Positions 44,394-51,282 of a stretch of DNA of 53,332 nt are shown here, piece after piece; the first letter of the stretch is position 1; each line of letters opens with the position of its first letter. The notes below the pieces were generated by a model that worked only from the letters and a program-made list of their open reading frames with translations, was not told the DNA's origin and did no database searches. The translations under genes were made by a program, and so were the position numbers. This DNA is from a virus (lineage: Duplodnaviria; Caudoviricetes), in the IMG/VR virus record IMGVR_UViG_3300031857_000259, positions 1-53,332 of that record; one strand, written 5' to 3'.

Positions 44394-44627
44394 ATGGACA
44401 CAATACTAAACCCATTTGGGCACGGACAAGCAATCAGAGTGATTGACGAGAACCATAAGGTGTGGCCTAAGTACCTCAGCACTGCTGTGGTGTACGATGA
44501 GAATGAGTTCTATGTGCTGTTCGAGGATGGGCTGCTAGTGAAGAAGGTCCGCTCTAAGTTCACTACAAGCCAGTACATCAATGGTGAGCGGTTCAAGACG
44601 TTAAGAGAACACTATGGAACAACTTAA
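44394..44627 (+). CDS. Hypothetical protein
   Basis: 77-aa ORF after groEL. Confidence 0.55.
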   Translation: MDTILNPFGHGQAIRVIDENHKVWPKYLSTAVVYDENEFYVLFEDGLLVKKVRSKFTTSQYINGERFKTLREHYGTT

Positions 44628-44709
44628 GAAGATGGCATTCACTGTAGGGCTAGCACTGCTATTCGCATTGCTAGTCATATGGTGGTATGAGTTCCTTAAA
44701 ATAAACTAA
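44614..44709 (+). CDS. Small single-TM peptide (31 aa, not in ORF track)
   Basis: MEQLKKMAFTVGLALLFALLVIWWYEFLKIN*; fills the gap exactly. Confidence 0.45.
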   Translation: MEQLKKMAFTVGLALLFALLVIWWYEFLKIN

Positions 44710-44710
44710 G

Positions 44711-44968
44711 ATGGAGGCACCATTTGCAATTAAAGTAGGCGAGGTACTTGAGCATATTGAGAGGATGCTCATTGAGAAGAACCGGAAGTACGGCAATTCT
44801 GCATTAGAGCCGCTTGGGGTGTTCAGTCAGTTGTCCGCAAAAGAAGGACTACTGGTGCGAATCGATGACAAACTAAAGCGAATCAAGAACGGGAGCTTGG
44901 ATAAGGACGATGAGGACGTGGTGAATGACCTGATTGGATACCTAGTGCTGCTAAAGATTAGTGGATAA
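44711..44968 (+). CDS. DUF1599/Nmad1-like all-alpha nucleotide pyrophosphatase-fold protein
   Basis: KNRKYGNS...VRIDDKLKRI...EDVVNDLIGYLVL. Confidence 0.7.
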   Translation: MEAPFAIKVGEVLEHIERMLIEKNRKYGNSALEPLGVFSQLSAKEGLLVRIDDKLKRIKNGSLDKDDEDVVNDLIGYLVLLKISG

Positions 44969-44969
44969 C

Positions 44970-45091
44970 GTAAAATATATTTTACAAATGAGTGACATAT
45001 TATTCATTGTGCTTTACATTATGGGTTAATGCATGAGATATGTCTCAAATATTGTCAATTTTTGAGACAGAACTCGGATGATATCCGAATT
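44970..45091. repeat. Array of consecutive unrelated palindromes
   Basis: GTAAAATATATTTTAC; AATGAGTGA..TTATTCATT; TGAGA-TATG-TCTCA; TGTCTCAAA..TTTGAGACA; TCGGAT-GAT-ATCCGA. Confidence 0.8.
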
Positions 45092-45098
45092 GTATAAT

Positions 45099-45145
45099 AA
45101 AAAAAAAATGACCCAAGAGCAGATCCTACGGTATGCTACTTGGGT
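45099..45145 (-). terminator. Intrinsic terminator for the minus-strand three-gene block
   Basis: ACCCAAG(T)AGCA...TGCT-CTTGGGT stem followed on the - strand by CA and T10. Confidence 0.55.
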
Positions 45146-45149
45146 ACTT

Positions 45150-45686
45150 TTAGAATAACTTTTTACTTACTCCTAAGCTGTGAATCTTTGTCACGGGTTG
45201 GTATTGGTACTCGAAGATATACTTGTTGTCCAAGTATGAAGCTTTAACACCTGGGTCTAGTAGAGAGTTTACTCCTACTCCTAGGTAAATACCCCTTGGT
45301 TTCTGTATAATTGTACGAGTTTCTGTGTTGGTAACAGTGTTAGTTACCACAGGTATTTTAAAATCGTTCGTAACGCTCATTTTAAGTACCTCTCCGAGGA
45401 CTTCTCCATTCACGTAGGTGTTACCATACTCGAAAGGTGTCGTTGAACTGAAGGCATTTATAGTAGGTGTATGGCCAACTAAGATTGTATCCCTAAGAAT
45501 CTCTGTTTTGATTTCTTTTTTAGGGATATAAACTGTCGACACTTTGTCGACAAACAAAGTATCGGTTTCTGTTACAGTTGTAAACTTATAAATCTCTTCT
45601 GCTTCAGGCTTAGGGTAGATAATAATCGTAAGGATTGCACCTATTAAGAATGAAATGATTGCGATTTGTATTTTTTTATCCTCCAT
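45150..45686 (-). CDS. Membrane-anchored protein, spanin-like (putative)
   Basis: N-terminal TM helix, DTLFV/DTILV extended region, and C-terminal amphipathic beta strands ending in Phe. Confidence 0.45.
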   Translation of the reverse strand: MEDKKIQIAIISFLIGAILTIIIYPKPEAEEIYKFTTVTETDTLFVDKVSTVYIPKKEIKTEILRDTILVGHTPTINAFSSTTPFEYGNTYVNGEVLGEVLKMSVTNDFKIPVVTNTVTNTETRTIIQKPRGIYLGVGVNSLLDPGVKASYLDNKYIFEYQYQPVTKIHSLGVSKKLF

Positions 45687-45907
45687 TATTGTTCTATAAA
45701 TAAATTGTCCTCTGCTAGTATTTTTCTTAGCTCCTCACGGCACCATTTATAGGCCTGATAAGTTTCGTCAGATAGTTCCTTGTACTTCATTTCAGAACGA
45801 AGTAGTTGGTCAAAGTCCCATATGGCACTACAATAATTACTTCCATTAATAGCGGCTTTAAAGTCGCTGTTATCTTCAGGTAAATTAAATTCTAGTACTG
45901 CTTTCAT
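45686..45907 (-). CDS. Conserved phage hypothetical protein (start revised to 45907)
   Basis: MKAVLEFNLPED...W..DQ.LR...KY is a common phage ORF family. Confidence 0.6.
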   Translation of the reverse strand: MKAVLEFNLPEDNSDFKAAINGSNYCSAIWDFDQLLRSEMKYKELSDETYQAYKWCREELRKILAEDNLFIEQ

Positions 45908-46785
45908 AGTGGAAACTTGCAACTATCTACTAATAATTCATAATTTCTAAAGTCTTTCTTGTGTATATCCTTACCAGATAGGGTAAGTATCCTTCCTCCT
46001 GTAGGTTTGACAGGAGCACCACGCTCTACGTGCCAGCCAAATGCCCCATCTTGGTACTCTTCCTTGTAAGATCCCGTGATTGCCATGTGAATCTGCTTGT
46101 GAACAATCTCATGTACATGCTTTCCAGGATTAAATTGAATAGCATCACGAACATCGTTACGGCTAGAGTTCTCATGTATGTGACCCATGATAAATATGTC
46201 CATGTTTTCGTAAATCTCTAAAGCTCTAGTCAAGTTAATAGCTCCCTTTGTAACTATTCCACCACCACCTGATCCATGGAAGTACTTCAAATTTTTTGAG
46301 AGTACAGTGTTACCATTTAGATTATACTTAATGACTAACCATCCGCCATATCCACCAGTATAAACACTTGTCTTGTTGGTATAGTTGAGCAGATCAACGA
46401 ACCGTTGTAACGGATCGGTCTCTAGGTTCTTAATGATTGCAGTCTCGTGGTTGCCATACCCAATAACTGTGAGTAGATGTGCGTACGGAGACCAATAATC
46501 TACTGCATCTTCAATAACTGCATCTATATAATTTGCTTTATTGTGTTCAGGCAGAATATCCTTCTTGTTTCTTCTTGGATCGTACTTACCCTGCATTAAA
46601 CAAAAGAAATCACCGTTGATAAAAATAGGGATATTATTTTTTTTGCAGTAGTCTAGGTGATCCTTTAGCTTTTCTCTATCACACTTTGGATTATCCCAGT
46701 GCACATCTGATAGTAATGCTAACTTTGTCTCTTCTCTTGTAAGTTCAAGGACGTGAACATTTCTGCTAATCTTTTTTAGATCCAT
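45904..46785 (-). CDS. Calcineurin-like metallophosphoesterase
   Basis: SDVH, NGD, GNHE, HG and GHIH motifs in canonical order. Confidence 0.85.
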   Translation of the reverse strand: MDLKKISRNVHVLELTREETKLALLSDVHWDNPKCDREKLKDHLDYCKKNNIPIFINGDFFCLMQGKYDPRRNKKDILPEHNKANYIDAVIEDAVDYWSPYAHLLTVIGYGNHETAIIKNLETDPLQRFVDLLNYTNKTSVYTGGYGGWLVIKYNLNGNTVLSKNLKYFHGSGGGGIVTKGAINLTRALEIYENMDIFIMGHIHENSSRNDVRDAIQFNPGKHVHEIVHKQIHMAITGSYKEEYQDGAFGWHVERGAPVKPTGGRILTLSGKDIHKKDFRNYELLVDSCKFPL

Positions 46786-46870
46786 CAGAAGCTTATTTGT
46801 TGTCCATAAAGTTACTATTATTTTTTATTTTACAAATTACTTTTTATATTGGAAACATAAAAATAATCTT

Positions 46871-46987
46871 ATGGCACTAAATCAAAGAGATTATCAGAAC
46901 TTCATAGATGGACTTCTGATAGGGGTTGTATTCGGGGTAGTTGTTTCTAGTATCTTGTTTCTAGTCTTTAGAGGAGTATCTTTGTAA
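46871..46987 (+). CDS. Small single-TM peptide (38 aa, not in ORF track)
   Basis: MALNQRDYQNFIDGLLIGVVFGVVVSSILFLVFRGVSL*. Confidence 0.4.
   Translation: MALNQRDYQNFIDGLLIGVVFGVVVSSILFLVFRGVSL
46977..46984 (+). promoter_or_regulatory. -7 promoter box (TATCTTTG) for groES
   Basis: TAnnTTTG 14 nt before ATG 46999. Confidence 0.55.
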
Positions 46988-46998
46988 AAAAAATACGC

Positions 46999-47256
46999 AT
47001 GAAGGCGATAGGCAAAAACATTGTAATCAAATCTATTGACGAGGAAGTTAAGACTTCTTCAGGATTAATTCTATCTGGTGAGGATACAAACCAATTACGC
47101 TACAAGCGTGGAGTAGTAATCAACTCAGGCACAGACGTTCATAACATTAAGGCTGGGGATGAGGTGTACTACGACAAGGCGAATAGCTATGTGATGATCA
47201 TCAATGATGAGCACTGCGTAATTATTCAGGAACGTGACGTAGTTCTTGTCCTGTAA
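46999..47256 (+). CDS. groES: Phage-encoded co-chaperonin GroES
   Basis: Mobile loop EEVKTSSGLIL, G.V...G, IKAGDEVYY and IIQERDV; 85 aa. Confidence 0.85.
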   Translation: MKAIGKNIVIKSIDEEVKTSSGLILSGEDTNQLRYKRGVVINSGTDVHNIKAGDEVYYDKANSYVMIINDEHCVIIQERDVVLVL

Positions 47257-47698
47257 GTCTATTCTCCTTTAGTTCCTCATTCATAGTGATAATCATATTC
47301 CTGTAGACCTTGTCAGAGAACCTTACGTTCTTCTTGAACATGGGATTGTTACACATTGTCTCAGGAATTTCTTCTCCTTCCAACTTTTTGTAGATTGAGT
47401 TAATCATTCTCTTTGCCTTATAGGAAAGGCAGTACATTGCCTTAGATCTCATGGCAGGTCTACCCTTTTGCCTGCTTGCAAATAGTTCAATCCATCCTTC
47501 ATCCTTGAGTCGGTAGAATCTTTTTTTGTCCCAGATAAATATTTTTTCATATTGTCTGAAGGTGGTAATATTAAAGTAGCGTTCTGAGTATAGGTACAGA
47601 AGCATGTCTAGGTCTGCTTGGCTGAGATTATGCCTTACCTTAAAGTATTCACGGATTACTTTCCAGAATTTCAGGTAGTCTCTTTTATTTGATTTCAT
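47222..47698 (-). CDS. Putative winged-helix (MarR-like) DNA-binding protein (start revised to 47698)
   Basis: NLSQADLDMLLYL...RLKDEGWI...YCLSYKAK pattern; basic. Confidence 0.45.
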   Translation of the reverse strand: MKSNKRDYLKFWKVIREYFKVRHNLSQADLDMLLYLYSERYFNITTFRQYEKIFIWDKKRFYRLKDEGWIELFASRQKGRPAMRSKAMYCLSYKAKRMINSIYKKLEGEEIPETMCNNPMFKKNVRFSDKVYRNMIITMNEELKENRLTGQELRHVPE

Positions 47699-47707
47699 TT
47701 TTATTAT

Positions 47708-47727
47708 TACATTTGTAAACAAAGGTA
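47708..47727. promoter_or_regulatory. Overlapping opposed -7 boxes: TACATTTG (+, 47708-47715) and TACCTTTG (-, 47727-47720)
   Basis: Both match TAnnTTTG and each points to an adjacent ORF. Confidence 0.55.
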
Positions 47728-47748
47728 TCACATTTAAACAATAACAAT

Positions 47749-47808
47749 ATGCAACCTTGCACTCAAAAAGTTAAAGCAGCAACATCTTACAAACCAAAAA
47801 AGAAATGA
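47749..47808 (+). CDS. Tiny basic peptide (19 aa, not in ORF track)
   Basis: MQPCTQKVKAATSYKPKKK*; ATGA-coupled to the next ORF. Confidence 0.35.
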   Translation: MQPCTQKVKAATSYKPKKK

Positions 47809-47936
47809 AAGGAGATCAAATGATGGCTATGGGTATGCCCAAGGCCGCAGTCCTAAGTGGACCAAAGAAAGCAATGGCTGCTAAGGCTGTAGTTAAGAAG
47901 GCAGTAAAAAAAGCTGTAGGTAAGAAGAAGAAGTAA
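47805..47936 (+). CDS. Histone H1-like Lys/Ala-rich peptide (43 aa, not in ORF track)
   Basis: MKGDQMMAMGMPKAAVLSGPKKAMAAKAVVKKAVKKAVGKKKK*; TAATG overlap with the next ORF. Confidence 0.55.
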   Translation: MKGDQMMAMGMPKAAVLSGPKKAMAAKAVVKKAVKKAVGKKKK

Positions 47937-48226
47937 TGGCTGAAAAGTCTACAATGAAATGTAACCGTGTCGTTGCTTCTGACAGACCCGGCAAGAAGAG
48001 AATGGTTAAGGCTTGTGCTAATGGACAAGAGAAGCTAATTCACTTTGGTGCTGAGGGTTATGGTCATAACTATTCGGCAGCGGCACGGTCTTCATTTAAG
48101 GCTCGTCATAAATGCGATAGTGCTACAGATAAATTGTCTGCTAAGTACTGGGCATGTAAGAACTTATGGGCAGGTCCTGGAGGATCTACTCAATCATCAC
48201 CTAAGAGTAAGAAAGGTAAGTACTAA
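47936..48226 (+). CDS. Small basic conserved phage protein
   Basis: KK..V....G..K.IHFG...R.SF.ARH.C....KLSA.YW motif; very basic. Confidence 0.65.
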   Translation: MAEKSTMKCNRVVASDRPGKKRMVKACANGQEKLIHFGAEGYGHNYSAAARSSFKARHKCDSATDKLSAKYWACKNLWAGPGGSTQSSPKSKKGKY

Positions 48227-48561
48227 TGAAAGACTCTTGCTACAAAAAGGTAAAGGCATCGTATGATGTGTTCCCTTCTGCAAGGGCATCTCAGGCTATT
48301 GCCAAGTGTCGTAAGGCATCTGGGAATGTTACTAAGTCTGATAAGGGTTCTAGTCTGAAGAGATGGGAAGCAGAGAAGTGGCAGGATACCAAGACTGGTA
48401 AGGCATGTGGTGCAGGAGGACGTAATGAGTACTGCCGACCAACCAATAGGGTATCATCAGAGACGCCAAAGACTAAGAGTGAAATAAGTTCAGCGAAGCT
48501 TGCTGCAAAGAAGGCAGAGAAAAGTAGAGTTGGCATGGGTAAAAGAATTTCTAAAGTTTAA
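48226..48561 (+). CDS. Small basic conserved phage protein
   Basis: DSCYKKVK..YDVFPSARAS..I.KCRK, LKRW..EKW and YCRP..RVS..TPKT. Confidence 0.65.
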   Translation: MKDSCYKKVKASYDVFPSARASQAIAKCRKASGNVTKSDKGSSLKRWEAEKWQDTKTGKACGAGGRNEYCRPTNRVSSETPKTKSEISSAKLAAKKAEKSRVGMGKRISKV

Positions 48562-48562
48562 C

Positions 48563-48570
48563 TATATTTG
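48563..48570 (+). promoter_or_regulatory. -7 promoter box (TATATTTG)
   Basis: TAnnTTTG 22 nt before ATG 48593. Confidence 0.55.
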
Positions 48571-48592
48571 TTCATCATTATAATCAAATCAA

Positions 48593-48994
48593 ATGGCACA
48601 GAAAGTAACAAAGACAAACGCTGAATTATTAGAACTAGTTAAAGCGTTAAACATCACTCCTGCTGAAAAAGGCAGCAAGGCAGAGGCTAAGCTTAAGAAG
48701 ATTGCTGAAAAGATTAAGCCTCTATTTGAACAGTACCATGAGAAGCGTGAAGACATTCGTCTTGATAATGCTCATACTGAATCCAATGGTGTATTGGACT
48801 TAAATGAGAAGGGTGAATACAAGTTCACTAAGGATGGTATCAAGGCTATGGCCAAGGACATGAAAGCATTGCTTGATGATACCTTTGAGTTCTATCAGTT
48901 TACTTTCTCAAGTGAAGGTATTGAGAGCTTTAAGTTCTTAGCAGGATGGGTAGAAAGTATTGAGGCTGAACAATCTGCTGAAGAGGTTGAATAA
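48593..48994 (+). CDS. Hypothetical protein (helical)
   Basis: 133-aa ORF. Confidence 0.55.
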   Translation: MAQKVTKTNAELLELVKALNITPAEKGSKAEAKLKKIAEKIKPLFEQYHEKREDIRLDNAHTESNGVLDLNEKGEYKFTKDGIKAMAKDMKALLDDTFEFYQFTFSSEGIESFKFLAGWVESIEAEQSAEEVE

Positions 48995-49022
48995 ATTATT
49001 CATCTAAAAAAACAGTAAGAGC

Positions 49023-49056
49023 GGCATCAGTCTTAATTGGTTGGTGCCATTCTTTC
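49023..49056 (+). terminator. Stem-loop / weak terminator
   Basis: GGCATCAGTC-TTAATT-GGTTGGTGCC followed by ATTCTTTC. Confidence 0.4.
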
Positions 49057-49067
49057 TTATAAAGAAT

Positions 49068-49226
49068 ATGAAAAGCAAAGGACTAGGGGATACTATAGAG
49101 AAAGTAACTACAGCTACTGGAATTAAGAAGGTAGTTGAAACTGTTGCTAAGGCAGCAGGAAAAGATTGTGGCTGTAATAAAAGAAAAGATGCACTTAACC
49201 GTGCGTTCCCATATAAAGAAGAATAA
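49068..49226 (+). CDS. Conserved small phage protein (start revised to 49068)
   Basis: MKSKGLGDTIEKVTTATGIKK...DCGC..RK..LN..FPY. Confidence 0.6.
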   Translation: MKSKGLGDTIEKVTTATGIKKVVETVAKAAGKDCGCNKRKDALNRAFPYKEE

Positions 49227-49237
49227 TTAATAAGATC

Positions 49238-49495
49238 ATGGCATATCAAAAATTACAACAATCAAGAGCGGCAGTAGTGACTAAGAGTGACACTGTTAAT
49301 ATTCCTAATCCAGGAAACGGAGCAGTAGAGGGATGCGTGTTATATGTTGGTACAGGAGGAATCCTACGAGTGCTTACAGCAGGAGGAGATGACATTACGT
49401 TTACAAACATACCAAACGGATTCCTAACTACCTTTCAAGTAATCAGAGTATTCAATACTACTACAACAGCTAACAATATTGTAGCACTCTGGTAA
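49238..49495 (+). CDS. Head-spike base-like protein (RcGTA Rcc01079-like)
   Basis: AAVVT.SD...LYVGTGG.LRV...G..ITF..IP.G....V.RV..T.TTA.NIVALW. Confidence 0.6.
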   Translation: MAYQKLQQSRAAVVTKSDTVNIPNPGNGAVEGCVLYVGTGGILRVLTAGGDDITFTNIPNGFLTTFQVIRVFNTTTTANNIVALW

Positions 49496-49780
49496 ATGAA
49501 TCCTCAAGAAAACAATAGGCTTGATTATATGGCAGCTGAATTGGATGCGTTAAAGAATGACGTAGCTGAGGTTAAAGCTATTGTTAAAGACATGCACACT
49601 TTACTTTCAGGGAACCCTATTGACAGAGACTCTAATGGAATGATTGGAGACTTGAGGACAATGAAGAAAGAGGTGTATGAATTAAAGTCTGAATTAAAAA
49701 AATACAAGAATTATTTCTATGCTCTTGTCACACTTGTTGGACTTGGTGCATTAAAAGTTATTGTTGAAATACTAAAATAG
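49496..49780 (+). CDS. Coiled-coil protein with C-terminal TM (lysis-associated, putative)
   Basis: Heptad pattern followed by a hydrophobic C-terminus. Confidence 0.5.
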   Translation: MNPQENNRLDYMAAELDALKNDVAEVKAIVKDMHTLLSGNPIDRDSNGMIGDLRTMKKEVYELKSELKKYKNYFYALVTLVGLGALKVIVEILK

Positions 49781-49781
49781 A

Positions 49782-49904
49782 ATGGCAAAGGCAGTTGCAA
49801 GTGCAAGAAAAGTTAGCTTCGGCAAAAAGAGAACCGGTGTAGCTAAGAAGTCATACGGGAAGTATAATCCAAAACCTAAAAAATACAGAGGACAAGGACG
49901 ATGA
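49782..49904 (+). CDS. Small basic peptide ending KKYRGQGR (40 aa, not in ORF track)
   Basis: MAKAVASARKVSFGKKRTGVAKKSYGKYNPKPKKYRGQGR*; ATGA-coupled to the next gene. Confidence 0.6.
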   Translation: MAKAVASARKVSFGKKRTGVAKKSYGKYNPKPKKYRGQGR

Positions 49905-50146
49905 AAAAGTTTTTCGAGTGGCTCAGTGGATTCTTGTCTGAGAATGGACAAGCATCAAGTAAGAGATTTGTAGGGGTGTTCTCAGCTATTGCTTTGTCCT
50001 ACACTTTGTACGCAAATCATGATTCAGTAAACGAGCCTTCAGAGGCTTTAGTATATTCAGTAGCGGCTTTATCTGCTGCTGCTTTGGGGATTAGTGCAGC
50101 TGAAAAGATATTTAAGAACCCAATTAAAAAAGAAGAAAATGACTGA
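49901..50146 (+). CDS. Putative holin (2 TM)
   Basis: SSKR followed by two hydrophobic segments and a charged tail; within the lysis cluster. Confidence 0.55.
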   Translation: MKKFFEWLSGFLSENGQASSKRFVGVFSAIALSYTLYANHDSVNEPSEALVYSVAALSAAALGISAAEKIFKNPIKKEEND

Positions 50147-50426
50147 GAAAAAAGAAATCAAAGCCAATCCTTTGCCTATTAGCTTTGCAGAATTTGCAAA
50201 AGAGCCTGTGAAAGGAATGCTATTCCTTGTGATTATTGCAATCGGATATTTGTACATTGATGGAAAGATTAACTACACTTCGCAAATCGAAAAGCAAGGT
50301 GTAAAAATTGATGCATTGGAATTAAAGATTGACAATGCCACGATGAATCTAAAGCGGTCTGATAGCTTGTTGTCTGCATCACTTGCAAAATTGACAACCT
50401 TACAGGAGCTAGGTAAAATCAAATAA
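50139..50426 (+). CDS. Inner-membrane protein with coiled coil (i-spanin-like; start revised to 50139)
   Basis: One TM (GMLFLVIIAIGYLYI) followed by a coiled coil; precedes a lipoprotein. Confidence 0.45.
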   Translation: MTEKKEIKANPLPISFAEFAKEPVKGMLFLVIIAIGYLYIDGKINYTSQIEKQGVKIDALELKIDNATMNLKRSDSLLSASLAKLTTLQELGKIK

Positions 50427-50428
50427 CT

Positions 50429-50788
50429 ATGAAATACTTATTCATCTTATCATTGCTGGTTTTAGCTTCTTGTGGTAAAGAGCAAGAGGTAATCGAAGAG
50501 CAGGTGGTAGATACCTTGTTTCTAAAAAGCGACAGTCTATTTAACCAGGCGATTGTAACTCTGCCCAAGTCAGATAAACAGTTTACCAAGATGGTCGAAA
50601 AGGTAGATAAGAAGATTGAAACGCTAAAGACAGAGGTAGTCGTAGCCAAGAAGGCGGTTGAATTAGCAAAGGCAGAAAAGACAATTGTCTACATTCGAGA
50701 TACTATTTTCATTAAAGAGGAAAAGAATTTTTGGGGAAAGAAGAAGGTAACCATAGATTCTGTTGGATTAGACTCACTTAACAACTAA
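50429..50788 (+). CDS. Lipoprotein (o-spanin-like)
   Basis: Signal peptide II MKYLFILSLLVLAS-C; adjacent to the endolysin. Confidence 0.55.
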   Translation: MKYLFILSLLVLASCGKEQEVIEEQVVDTLFLKSDSLFNQAIVTLPKSDKQFTKMVEKVDKKIETLKTEVVVAKKAVELAKAEKTIVYIRDTIFIKEEKNFWGKKKVTIDSVGLDSLNN

Positions 50789-50793
50789 AGTAA

Positions 50794-51255
50794 ATGAAAA
50801 TTAGTCAACACTTAAATCTATCAGAGCTTACTAGAAGTGACTCTGCAAAACGTAATGGCATTGACAACACTCCTACTTCTGAGCATTTGGAGAATTTTAA
50901 ATTGTTAGCTGAAAAAGTATTCGAACCTATCCGTTTACACTTTGGAGTTCCTATTCACATCAGCTCTGGGTACAGATCAGAGGCTCTTAATAAATTCATT
51001 AAGGGAAGTTCATCCTCTCAGCATTGCAAGGGTGAAGCGATTGATATCGATATGGATGGTAGCAGCAGTGGAGTTACTAATGCTGACGTTTACAATTTCA
51101 TTAAGGATAATCTTGATTGGGACCAATTGATTTGGGAGTTTGGTACTGACAAGAACCCGGATTGGGTACACGTATCTTATACTAAAGGCAAGAACAGAAA
51201 GCAAAAGTTAAAAGCTGTTCGTACAAATGGTAAGACTTCTTACGTTAATCTTTAG
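50794..51255 (+). CDS. Endolysin, peptidase M15A family
   Basis: SSGYRS..LN, SQH..GEAID and WVHVSY Zn-binding motifs. Confidence 0.85.
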   Translation: MKISQHLNLSELTRSDSAKRNGIDNTPTSEHLENFKLLAEKVFEPIRLHFGVPIHISSGYRSEALNKFIKGSSSSQHCKGEAIDIDMDGSSSGVTNADVYNFIKDNLDWDQLIWEFGTDKNPDWVHVSYTKGKNRKQKLKAVRTNGKTSYVNL

Positions 51256-51263
51256 TATATTTG
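51256..51263 (+). promoter_or_regulatory. -7 promoter box (TATATTTG) for the fibre gene
   Basis: TAnnTTTG 19 nt before ATG 51283. Confidence 0.6.
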
Positions 51264-51282
51264 TTTAATTACCTGAAAGCTA

